A stretch of 35,042 nt of DNA from assembly GCF_001194135.2 (NCBI RefSeq), contig NC_068992.1, positions 21,593,450 to 21,628,491 on the forward strand, in the 5' to 3' direction. Made by a program: the position numbers and the translations under genes. How positions within the stretch are numbered: the first letter of the stretch is position 1; every line of letters starts with the position of its first letter. This stretch comes from Octopus bimaculoides (Eukaryota). The notes under the pieces are model-generated. The model saw nothing but the letters and a program-made list of their open reading frames with translations, was not told the DNA's origin and searched no databases. Shown piece after piece: positions 23,611 through 34,999 of this stretch.

Positions 23611-23830
23611 ATAGTTCACCAAAATACGTAGCCAGTAACGGAAGTAAAAAAACGTTGGGTAAATCGAATCTTCGTCATCAGAGTAGAAAATAATCTTGCA
23701 TTTCAGATCATGATAGAGAAAAGTTTAAAGATGGAATAGAGCCTCTAAGGGTTATCTATACCGAGAATCTCTGGACCTCATCTGTTGACTATTTGTATAT
23801 GTGTGTGTGTGTGCGGGCGGGCGAGTGTAG

Positions 23831-23895
<65 letters not shown>

Positions 23896-23896
23896 C

Positions 23897-23943
<47 letters not shown>

Positions 23944-23969
23944 AGTACTTGTGTACGTACGTACGTATA

Positions 23970-24131
23970 CGATAGCCTTCCACGTTGTTTCTATGTATTA
24001 CATTCTACTGCCTGGTATTCACCATCTTGAGACTCTTAGATCATGATAGAAGATATTTATCCAAACTGCCACAGAGTGGAATCTAACCAGAAACCATTTA
24101 ATTGCGAAGTGAACTTCTTAAACCAGCCATT
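23970..24131 (-). mobile_element. Family A SINE head, decayed
   Basis: GCCACAGAGTGGAATCTAACCAGAAACC...GAACTTCTTAAACC matches the reverse complement of the family A head. Confidence 0.55.
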
Positions 24132-24641
24132 CTGTGTGCACTACTGCTGAGAAAACTCTGAGGAGTTGATAAGCATTTCTCGCAAATGCATAGATATAGG
24201 AAAATTTTTAACAGTTATAAATTGAGAGACTTTTACTAGCTGTACACCAAGTATGGAGAAAATATTAAAAAGTAAGCCCAAACCTAAAACATGCTTGAAG
24301 AAGTAACACAACATGTCCACTAAGCGATCAATATAATAGTGCCTTCCTCGTTGAGATGATGCTAGAAAAGTGAAAACCTTACTTAATCAGCTGCAGGAGC
24401 TGAGATTGAGCCTGAAACCATTGAGTTGCAAAGCGAACGTCTTAACCATTCAGCCGTGTCTACAATTTTTACAATGTCGCAAACAAACTTTCCGTTGAAT
24501 GATATTGGCTTCAAATTTTGGTACAAAGATAGCAATTTTGGGTGAGTTAGTAAGTCGATTACCACGATAATCTGGCCTCATCTGATCCTGTCTGTTCGAA
24601 AGTGGCTGATAAAGCCTTTGTGGCCCAGCAATCTCAAGAAT

Positions 24642-24673
<32 letters not shown>

Positions 24674-24704
24674 CTTCTCCTCTCTTCTATCTCCTCTCCT
24701 CTTT

Positions 24705-24767
<63 letters not shown>

Positions 24768-24937
24768 GTGCATGATCACACACTAACACATACACACATA
24801 TATGCAAGCATTTATATAATCCTATGAATGCCTATACATCTGTGTGTATGCGTGTATGTGTGTGTNNNNNNNNNNNNNNNNNNNNNNNNNNNNNNNNNNN
24901 NNNNNNNNNNNNNNNNNNNNNNNNNNNNNNNNNNNNN

Positions 24938-24974
<37 letters not shown>

Positions 24975-25049
24975 ACGCGTTCGCTTGTGGCTGTTTGTAT
25001 ATTGGAAATTTCGAGTAAAAATGTTATTTGAGCGTAAATTTAACCAATA

Positions 25050-25262
25050 TTGGCGAGCTGTCAGATTCGTTACTGCGCCGGAAAAATGCTTGGCAGCATT
25101 TCTTCCGACTTCACATTCTGCGTTCAAATACAACCGAGGTCGATTTTTGCCTTTCATCCTTTCCAGGTTGATAAAATAAGTACCAGTTACGCACTGGGAT
25201 CGACGTAATCGACATATTATTCCCTCCCCTGAAATTGACGGCCTTGTGCCAGAATTTGAAAC
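25050..25262 (+). mobile_element. Family M SINE, near full length
   Basis: GGCGAGCTGTCAGA...GTTCAAAT...GCCTTTCATCCTTTCCAGGTTGATAAAATAAGTACCAG...GGCCTTGTGCCAGAATTTGAAAC. Confidence 0.85.
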
Positions 25263-26352
25263 TGAAATTGGGAACGATTCAAATAAAATCCCAACTGATG
25301 TGGACTTCAGGAATTCGATCTCACAACGCTGGATTAATTACTTAAGCTGTGCTTGCTAGTCAAGCACTTCATTGCCACGCACACACATAAACACAGGCAC
25401 TCGCGCACGCACACATATATCATATCTACTCATCATATATATGTGTGTGTGTGTGTTTATATGTATGGATAAAAACCATATGCATTATGTATTAATATTC
25501 GTCTGAAATTATGAATTATGAAATATTTCTATTAGAAAATAAGTGGATTCTAAAATTTTAAAGTGAAGTATTTATTTCGGGATATACTGTAAAAATTCCT
25601 TTCTCTGCTTCCATTTTTATTCTGAAGCGGACACAGGAAAAGTGGATTATGGAACTCTAAACGATGATGAAGTGCTATATACCGAATGAGGATATAGAAA
25701 ATTCTAATGGGTTTATTTGTTCTTCGTACTAAGTTATATCACGGTATTCCGATTAAATTTGATAAGAATGAAATTTTAAGTACTTTTATAACGCCGCCGC
25801 GTATCTGCTGTTTCTCTGCTGTTTTACCTTTGTTTTGTGTTTGTTTTGTTATTAATTTTTCGGGGGTTATTGCTGTTGTTGTTGTTGTTGTTTTCTTCTT
25901 CTTTTTCGTGATGGTGGTGGTGGTGGTGATGGTGCTTGTAGTGGTGGTGGTGGTGGTGGTGGTGGTTGTGACGGTGGTGTTTTGTTGTCTTTGTGGTTTT
26001 AATTTCTTTTTTTTATTATTTTGTTTCTTCAATTTCATAAGCGACAATTCATTAGCAAAATCATATTAAGTTCCCTAACCAATAGGAACAGGGGGGGNNN
26101 NNNNNNNNNNNNNNNNNNNNNNNNNNNNNNNNNNNNNNNNNNNNNNNNNNNNNNNNNNNNNNNNNNNNNNNNNNNNNNNNNNNNNNNNNNNNNNNNNNNN
26201 NNNNNNNNNNNNNNNNNNNNNNNNNNNNNNNNNNNNNNNNNNNNNNNNNNNNNNNNNNNNNNNNNNNNNNNNNNNNNNNNNNNNNNNNNNNNNNNNNNNN
26301 NNNNNNNNNNNNNNNNNNNNNNNNNNNNNNNNNNNNNNNNNNNNNNNNNNNG

Positions 26353-26416
26353 ATGAGGAGGGGAAAAGAAGAAGAAGAAGAAGAAGAAGAAGAAGAAGAA
26401 GAAGAAGAAGAAGAAG

Positions 26417-26448
<32 letters not shown>

Positions 26449-26449
26449 G

Positions 26450-26493
<44 letters not shown>

Positions 26494-26640
26494 GGGAGGG
26501 AGGGAGGAAAGATGGAGAAGAAACGAAAAAGAAGAGGAGAAAAAGGAATGGAGGAGGATGAGAAGAAGAAGAAGAAGAAGAAGAAGAAGAAGAAGAAGAA
26601 GAAGAAGAAGAAGAAGAAGAAGAAGAAGAAGAAGAAGAAG
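26353..26640. repeat. (GAA)n-(CAA)n-(GAA)n triplet microsatellite block next to an N gap
   Basis: Direct inspection. Confidence 0.95.
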
Positions 26641-27000
26641 AATGACAATTTAAAGAGAAATACCTCTCTGAACTTTTAAATAATATTTTTAATAATGTAT
26701 TTGTTTGATAACGGACAAAAAGTATTGTTGTCCTTGGCTATTCCACTTAAGAAGTAAAGTGACAACCTAATCAGGGTCAAATCGAAGAAAACATTATATA
26801 CACACGTGTCCATATGTGAGTGTGTGTGTTTGTGTGTGTGTGTGTTGTTTGCATGTATCTGTATATATTTGGGAATATATGTACCTCGGTGCAATTTACT
26901 GTGAATGTATGAAATATGTTTGTTTCATTAAATAACTATTATTTTCACGTATTTTCCAAATATACCTATATTTTGTCACTCTTTCCCTGCCTCACTCTTT

Positions 27001-27042
<42 letters not shown>

Positions 27043-27058
27043 ACACACACACATAAAC

Positions 27059-27101
<43 letters not shown>

Positions 27102-27131
27102 TATATTTATGTATTCATATATAATATACAT

Positions 27132-27164
<33 letters not shown>

Positions 27165-27357
27165 ATGTATGTATGTATGTATGTATGTATGTATGTATGT
27201 ATGGTGGAAGATGCCTTTTGCTTTTTAAATAACTATGACCAGATGATAACATTGAGCGTGTGACAGTCATGAGAATGTTTGAAACCCAGTAATTTTGCTA
27301 ATGGCAATCGTTTGATAACATTAGGTGTGATTATAATCATCGGCTTCCAATATATAA

Positions 27358-27424
<67 letters not shown>

Positions 27425-27585
27425 NNNNNNNNNNNNNNNNNNNNNNNNNNNNNNNNNNNNNNNNNNNNNNNNNNNNNNNNNNNNNNNNNNNNNNNNNNNN
27501 NNNNNNNNNNNNNNNNNNNNNNNNNNNNNNNNNNNNNNNNNNNNNNNNNNNNNNNNNNNNNNNNNNNNNNNNNNNNATATACCAG

Positions 27586-27917
27586 CTGTCGACACGCCGT
27601 CGCTTGCAACGTCGAGGGTTCCAGATGATCCGATCAACGGAACAGCCTGCTCGTGAAATTAACGTGCAAGTGGCTGAGCACTCCACAGACACGTGTACCC
27701 TTAACGTAGTTCTCGGGGATATTCAGCGTGACACAGCGTGACAAGGCTGGCTCTTTGAAATACAGGTACAACAGAAACAGGAAGAAAGAGTGAGAGAAAG
27801 TTGTGGTGGAAGAGTACAGCAGGGTTCGCCACCATCCCCTGCCGGAGCCTCGTGAAGCTTTAGGTGTTTTCGCTCAATAAACACTCACAACGCCCGGTCT
27901 GGGAATCGAAACCGCGT
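27586..27917 (-). mobile_element. Family R SINE, 5'-truncated at the B box, with TSD of at least 9 bp
   Basis: ATATACCAG at 27577-27585 and 27918-27926. The body matches 30821-31156. Confidence 0.9.
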
Positions 27918-27997
27918 ATATACCAGTATATATTACATATATGTATTGGGTGGGTTAAAAGTCACGCACCAAAACATTTGACATCTTATTTATATTA

Positions 27998-28070
<73 letters not shown>

Positions 28071-28139
28071 TTTGTTGATCATGTAGATGTGTATTCGTCA
28101 TTATTTTATTAATTTTATTCGAACACAAATGAAGTTTGT

Positions 28140-28380
28140 CTGACAATTCAGCCCTACCCTTATCGAAAACATAAATGACCAAAAGCATTCCAACCGAGGC
28201 CATCCCATCTTTTCTTTAAGTGCAAGGAACCATATCATCCAACACATCTCTTTTAAAACGATATGGTATTGCTTAAGCCTTAAACTTTACGGGAGATTTG
28301 ACTATTATTTCTTATTATTTCTAACAAGTCGATAAACCACATCGAGGCTCTCTCCCTTAGCTCTGCTCGATCAAGATTTC
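28140..28380. repeat. Unclassified interspersed repeat relic
   Basis: GAGATTTGACTATTATTTCT resembles the inverse of GCTAGAAATAGCAGC at ~10236-10250. Family identity is recalled only. Confidence 0.25.
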
Positions 28381-28989
28381 TGGTACATACCTATGTACGT
28401 ATGCTTGTATGCGCGTTAGTAAGTATGAGTGTATGTGCGTATATGTGTGTATAATTGTCCTTGTTCATCTCCAAAATTGTTTATCTCCACATGTACATAT
28501 ATGTGTGTCTATATACGTGTCTGTGTCTATGCATGTGTGTTTTCCTTTAAATATAATTATACTTATATCAATATTATACTGTATATCTACATTCTCAACA
28601 GAATAACAATGTTCTTGTGTATTATTTTATATAAATTACCGATGCATTAACAGAGATCTGTTTCAGATTTATACTTGTACTACAGAGTATATCAATAGAT
28701 TCTTTTTTTTAGCTGATACTGCATTTATAGATAGATGTAAACACCAGACGAATGAGCCGGATTAGTTTCTGATTCAGTCCTCTCTTTAACTAACCGAGGG
28801 AGAAATTGCTTATAAGTCCACTATTTCTACGGGTTTAAATAAATCCCGTCTACGAAGATATTATGTGCGCAGACAAGGTGTTAACATACATATGTGTGTG
28901 TGTGTATATATATATATAATATGTGAGTATATGCATATATACGTACATGTATGTACATGCCTACATCTACATGTATATATAGATGCATA

Positions 28990-29340
28990 TCTGGGTACAG
29001 GACATCACAAAGAAACGTGGACAAAATGAAAAATGAGAACATAATCAGAGCACGGAAAACAAACATTTTTTCGGACAACGGTAGGAACACACAGGAAAAC
29101 AGACAGGCCACATAGAGAACATTTCTTTCATTAGCTGCCCCTATTCTAAACTAGGCGTTTCGAAGAGTTAGGGCAGGACGCATTGTTAGAATAGCTCTTC
29201 CCGCAAAGCAAATTAAATTAGATTTGTGATGCGGAGGAATTAAGTGGCAAACAAAAAACAAAAAAACACGACCGATAAAACGAAACAGGGAAAACACATG
29301 GAGGGCTGTTAGGTCAGACGAGAAAAAATATATATACTGA
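28990..29340 (-). mobile_element. Possible Penelope-type terminal repeat relic
   Basis: Contains plus-strand TTTCATTAG...GGCGTTTCGAAGA, i.e. hammerhead-like CGAAACGC and CTAATGA on the minus strand, flanked by purine-rich sequence. Confidence 0.35.
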
Positions 29341-29623
29341 ACGCTATGATTTGACGAACTTGAGGGGAAGAGAGAAGAAAGGTCGTGCTTGTTTGGTAAT
29401 NNNNNNNNNNNNNNNNNNNNNNNNNNNNNNNNNNNNNNNNNNNNNNNNNNNNNNNNNNNNNNNNNNNNNNNNNNNNNNNNNNNNNNNNNNNNNNNNNNNN
29501 NNNNNNNNNNNNNNNNNNNNNNNNNNNNNNNNNNNNNNNNNNNGCCCCAATATTAGACTATTTTCTTTAGTCATTACACGGTGATCCCTTATAAGCGTTA
29601 AGCTTATAAAACATTATTTACAG

Positions 29624-29735
<112 letters not shown>

Positions 29736-29802
29736 CACTACCGGTAACGTGCTACTCAGTATAATGAGTGGTAGGGTGGGGAGTCACCGTCCGCAACCGG
29801 TG

Positions 29803-29850
<48 letters not shown>

Positions 29851-30059
29851 TTGCTTTGTGAGAATGGTGATTTGAGGCAATATCAGGAATGAAAAAGCAT
29901 TACATGTCAAAAGAATAAAAGGATTAAAGCTATCAGCAATTACCCCACCACCACCACCACCACTACCACTACACACACACACACTCCACCCACCATTTCT
30001 CACAAACAAAAACTAATGCCTTGTGTTCATGTAAAAAAGTGTTCTCCAGAAAATCCCAT

Positions 30060-30765
30060 GGGTTATGAAAAATAACTGGCTTCGAGAAAGTGTTCTGGCG
30101 ACACAATATTTGCCGAACATTTCTCGAAAAACCTTTCAGCAATCTATGGCCAGCTAACGTCGATGTTTCTCCTCTTCTCGCAACAAATGGAAATTTGCCT
30201 ATCACAAAGAATCGATACATAAAGAATACTTTGAAGATGTTCTGAGCAGATCAACCAAAATAAATGATAGGAATCTGTTGCAGATTCCTATCAACGCAGC
30301 TTTTGATGAAGTTCTCACATTTCTTGTAACCATGAATCTATGAGATTACTGTCCTTTAATAAAGCGCCGGGACCAGATTTTCAATTTCTGCTGAAATGCA
30401 CGCCTATTGTGAAACATTTATTGAAAAACTAACCTTTGATGTAATCGGCAGGTGCCATTCCCCTAAGAATTCAAATATTCTACAATCATTCACCTGTATA
30501 AGAACAAAGGTGAGAGATAGTCATATGTCAATCATCTGTGAATTGCCAGAAAAATCTTATCAAGAATACTCAGGAATCGCATTATTCATCACCTTACCAC
30601 TGTGTCCGGCTAGAAAACCAAAGTCGCTTCCGTTGTGAAAGAGACACTATTGATAAGACCTTTGTAGTAAGACACATCCAATGACGTGTATAGGGCAAAA
30701 TCAAGCTTTGTATATATTGTTTGACCTTACAAAGGCTTTTGGCACAATGTATCGTGTGTGCGAGC
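30060..30765 (+). mobile_element. RTE-clade LINE RT relic (best preserved in the window)
   Basis: Ordered motifs: MKNNWL, LSAIYG, SPLLATNG, YFEDVLSRSTKIND..LQIPIN..FDE, NKAPGPD, IHLYKNKGER, IARKILSRILRNR, ENQSRFRCERDTID.TF.VR, LFDLTKAFGTM. Contains stops and frameshifts. Confidence 0.85.
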
Positions 30766-30820
30766 GTTCACTCAAATGAATGTGTAGATTTATGTTGAAT
30801 GAATGAATGAATAAAATAAT

Positions 30821-31206
30821 GTTGTTGTTGGCACTCCTTCGCTTACGACGTCGAGGGTTCCAGTTGATCCGATCAACGGAACAGCCTGCTCGTGAAATTA
30901 ACGTGCAAGTGGCTGAGCACTCCACAGACACGTGCACCCTTAACGTAGTTTTCGGGGATATTCAGCGTGACACATTGTGACAAGACTGACCCTTTGAATT
31001 ACAGACACAACAGAAATAGGAAGTAAGAGTGAGAGAAAGTTGTGGTGAAAGAGTACAGCAGGGTTCGCCACCATTCCCTGCCGGAGCCTCGTGGAGCATT
31101 TAGGTGTTTTCGCTCAATAAACACTCACGACGCCCGGTCTGGGAATCGAAACCGCGATCCTATGACCGCGAGTCCGCTGCCTTAACCACTGGGCCATTGC
31201 GCCTCC
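30821..31206 (-). mobile_element. Family R SINE, complete copy with tRNA(Arg,TCG)-like head
   Basis: A box TGGCCCAGTGG (31186-31196), B box GTTTCGATTCC (31142-31152), anticodon-like ACTCGCG, (CAA)n tail. Candidate TSD AATAAAATAA (30810-30819) / AATAAGATAA (31207-31216). Confidence 0.93.
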
Positions 31207-32432
31207 AATAAGATAACGTATCTAAGTATATATGTACAAGAAAAATGAGATGGAGACAACGAAGCGGTTGAGCTAAAAGGAAGTCAAGCAATTGACTGAA
31301 CGGTTGAGAGATCGCATCCCATCACCGATGTTGAAGATGCTGAACTGTATCCATGGCAAAGACAAATAAATCTCATTGGCTACTTCTCCACCTACTTAGT
31401 AGGCCTTCATCATGGGATGCCTACACCCGCAATTAGAACCGTATTTATTATTATGTAGCAACGCAAACAATCAATATTAGAACAGGAAAAATTCTTTTTC
31501 TTTTTTTTATTTCAAGTAATGTTTCTAGGGAGATATTATCAACAATTTGATAAAAATATAAAAAAACATATCCCAAAGTCCAAATCTTTAATGAAACATC
31601 TATGTTTTTTTATTTCTTTTTTTTATTATTTTTTTAATAGTTATCTTTTTTTCTTGTTTCCATTATCTAATTGGTTAGCCAGAAAAATAACATAATGCTC
31701 TGCGAGCCCCTCGGCTCTACTATTTGATTTGAGCTCTGTTCATAACACAGCAAATTATTGACAACGGCAGCAACAGTAGCAACATCAACAGTAGTAGCAG
31801 CAGAAAATCACAATCTACCCAAGCCCCCACCCCGCCGACCCCTTATTAGCTGATCCCGTTTTCAGTTGGTGTCTTGTAGGAAAAAAATCTGAAACAGGTG
31901 CAGTACTTATTATCTTTCCTTTGTTTCTTCTTTTCTCTCCGCTTCATCCATTTCTTGTTTTCTTTTTTTCTTTCTTTCTTTTTTCCTCTTCTGTGTTTTG
32001 CGGTTGGTCGAACTGAAAGTGATGAGAGATGTGACAACGTTGCTGCTGTAAATGATGGTGGGGATCATCGGTCACGTGTCTTTCGTACTTTTACGGAGCT
32101 CTGCTCAAGTTGTTAAGTTCAAAAAGTTTGAGCAAAAGAAAAACGGAAGAAGTGAAGGGACGGGAAGCGAAAAGAAGTGGCAAAAGGAGGATCATTGATA
32201 GAGAAGAAGTAAACAAAATATTTTAGTAACAATAATCAAGATTTCTAGGATAAAAATATCTAATAGAGGCAAAAAGGTCACAAATTTATCAGGAGAGTAT
32301 AATCTTAGTGGCCTTTAACCATTTTTTTTTTCGTATGAACTCCTTTGGTTCATATTTTACTCTCCTGGATCTCCAGAGCCATTGAATGTATTTTTTAAAA
32401 TCCGACTGCATTTTTCTAATTAAATATTGCAA

Positions 32433-32596
32433 GTGGCTGTGTGGTAAGTAGCTTGCTTACCAACCACATGGTTCCGGGTTCAGTCCCACTGCGTGGCATC
32501 TTGGGCAAGCGTCTTCTACTATAGCCTCGGGCCGACCAAAGCCTTGTGAGTGGATTTGGTAGACGGAAACTGAAAGAAGCCCGTGGTATATATATG

Positions 32597-32648
<52 letters not shown>

Positions 32649-32849
32649 TGTGTTTGTCCCCCTAGCATTGCTTGACAACTAATGCTGATGTGTTTATGTC
32701 CCCGTCACTTAGCGGTTCGGCAAAAGAGATCGATAGAATAAGTACTAGGCTTACAAAAAAATAAGTCTCGGGGTCGATTTGCTCGACTAAAGGCGGTGCT
32801 CCAGCATGGCCGCAATCAAATGACTGAAACAAGTAAAAGAGTAAAAGAG
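32433..32849 (+). mobile_element. Family A SINE, complete young copy
   Basis: B box GGTTCAGTCCC, CATCTTGGGCAAGCGTCTT, (TA)n(TG)n linker 32587-32650, 3' CCAGCATGGCCGCAATCAAATGACTGAAAC and AGTAAAAG repeats. Confidence 0.93.
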
Positions 32850-33303
32850 CAATTGTATAAAAAAGAATTAAATTATTTTGTGTATTGGAGAAGTATAAAC
32901 AATTTATTTCACATAAATTCTAACTACGAAATCTTATATGGACCCCTGAGGTCCATATGGACCTCGGTTAACTCTCTGGTTTAGAGACAGCAGTAATTAG
33001 CTGTTACATATTTTAGGATCCCGGGAAAAGGTGAATGGTAGTATTAACTTTTGGGAGATTTGATCTTGAAACACAAAGAAAGATTGCTTAGCACCACAAA
33101 GTATTTTGCCCAATGTTCTATCAATAGTGAGTAGCGAAACAAATAAGGGCTTCAAACGTAGAGTCAAAACTACACGGAATTCGGGCTAAATTCGACGACT
33201 TTTATGTTTACTATATTCAGTAACACCAAGATGTGTTGGGGCACAGTCAACAGCGTTGGAGAGATTAAAGATTAAAAGTTGTAGTTGAGAAAATTAAGTT
33301 GAC

Positions 33304-34037
33304 ATGGAGGACTAAAAGCCAGCTGAATATTGGAAAAGGGTTACTTTTATCATGATGATTCGTTCGCGCCGGGTATTAAAATGCCGACATCGTAACTGCT
33401 GCTCAATGCTCTGCGAATACTCTAAAGGCTGTAAGAAGTGACAGGAATAGCTGCAACGGTGACTACGAAATCGTAACCAGCAAGAATGAACACAGCAAGT
33501 TCGCTGACTGCGTCTGAACGCCAGAATTCATCCGAGTGTCGATGAACAGCGCCTTAGGCTCAATTCAGACAGCTATGTGAAACTGATGGAGACTATGGTC
33601 AAATTCTGGCTGGAGAGGGTTGGTGCTGGAGGGCCATATGTGTGTGGCAGCAGGATTCGACTCATTGTCATAACTCCGGAAAGATTCAGAAGTGGCTGTC
33701 GGAGAATTTCTTCGATTTCACCCATTTCAATTTCTGACCTCCTAATTACCCCGATTGTAACTTCATGGATTACTATTTGTGGGGCCCGGTTACTCTGCCT
33801 GCAACACCAAGGCCGAGCCAGTGTTCAAAGACCTTCCCAGTGACACAGTAAAGAACACATGCGCCAGGTTTCGGAGCCATCTTGAGGTCGTTATAGAAGG
33901 TGAGGGCAGTAAACTTTTATCTTCCAGGCAGAATAGTTGATAGTTTTTTGATCTTCAGCATAATTCTATTTTTAAATGGAATATTGCGTTTTTTCCCCTT
34001 TTGTGCAAACTGTCAAATGTAGTTAGAACACCCTGTA
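33304..34037 (+). mobile_element. Tc1/mariner DD37D (maT-type) transposon, internally deleted, transposase disabled
   Basis: N-terminal relic MED*KPAEYWKR...ADIVTAAQCSANT...TPEFI joins directly to LRLNSDSYVKL...KFWLERV...PYVWQQD-x37-DYYLWG (37 residues counted, includes PPNYPDCNFM and one TGA). The right end is AAACTGTCAA...CACCCTG followed by TA. Confidence 0.9.
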
Positions 34038-34039
34038 TA

Positions 34040-34204
34040 GTGTTTTAGGAAAGGCGATGTTTGATCAGATCAACCCCAGTACTTGACTAGTACATATATT
34101 ATTAACTACGGAATGATGGAGAGAACAAAGTAACCCTGGTAGGATTTGAACTCAGAGAGTAGAGACCCGTAACTAAATATCGTAGAGCCTGCTGGCGTGA
34201 GATC
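34040..34204 (-). mobile_element. Family M SINE, decayed
   Basis: ATCAACCCCAGTACTTGACT...GGATTTGAACTCAGAG. Confidence 0.55.
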
Positions 34205-34369
34205 TACCAATTCCATGAAATAACACTGCCTATACTAGATATCAATAAACTCTAGTACGTACCTCGTTTGCAATATCTTTCAGCTTGTTCACCATCAGTT
34301 TAGGCCTTGTGCTGTGTAGACCAATCACCGCAGGAACAATTTCTCCCCTTGTGTTCCACAATCTTTTCA

Positions 34370-34459
<90 letters not shown>

Positions 34460-34852
34460 AATCTCTATCTCTCTCGATATGTTCTGATATTTTTCATGAT
34501 TCTGTTTCCCTGAGATTCACTTTACTATCATTTGGAATTACGAAGTAAATAATCTTATACTGTTTGTTTTTATGTCTTCCATGATCATATTTGATTTCCT
34601 TGCTTCGAGGAACTTGTGCTTGTACTCGAAAGGATATTACTTCCAGGTACTTTTAATACAGACACCTTTCAAACATTTCTCTTATACTCTTTCAAGTCTT
34701 ACTCCCTCATATAGTTGTCCTCTGTTTAATCACCGGGAAACAGCTCTAGATAGTAGAATCCCTCATAACGTCTCACGAATTATTTACCACAACGGATTTA
34801 ATCTTTCTGCATATCTTCATAGTCAAAGCTGCACATTTATTCGTCTCAAACT
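34205..34852 (-). mobile_element. R4/Dong-like (restriction-like endonuclease) LINE relic, interrupted by (CT)n at ~34372-34470
   Basis: QFETNKCAALTMK (cf. EFGLDKCA..T.K) and KYLEV (cf. YKYLGV), then KRLWNTRGEIVPAVIG...PK...KLKDI (cf. I.RLW....V.PVVIGALG.IPK.L...L..I, the R4-clade C-terminus). Confidence 0.55.
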
Positions 34853-34997
34853 GGGTGGTAACAAGCTTGCTTCCCAGCCACATGGTTCTGGGTTCAGTCA
34901 CACCGCGTGGCACGTTGGGCAAGTGTTTCCTACTATAGTCTCGGGCTGACCAAAGCTTTGAGTGAATTTAGTAGACGGCAACTGAAAGACCTTTGTC

Positions 34998-34999
<2 letters not shown>
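34853..34999 (+). mobile_element. Family A SINE, left part, running into (TG)(TA)n at the window end
   Basis: AAGCTTGCTTCCCAGCCACATGGTTCTGGGTTCAGTC...TTGGGCAAGTGTTT...GTAGACGGCAACTGAAAGA. Confidence 0.88.

Noticed and set aside
26353-26679. Poly-E/poly-Q/poly-K ORF
   Set aside because: Translation of (GAA)n/(CAA)n microsatellites abutting an assembly gap.
31130-31206. tRNA-Arg(TCG)-like cloverleaf
   Set aside because: It is the head of a SINE present three times in the window, with a non-canonical T arm and no proper acceptor stem.
33577-33843. 88-aa ORF
   Set aside because: Starts in the DD37D transposase frame and leaves it at a 2-nt TG insertion before WQQD. Not an independent gene.
34572-34949. 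125-aa plus-strand ORF
   Set aside because: Antisense to the R4-like LINE relic and runs into a family A SINE.
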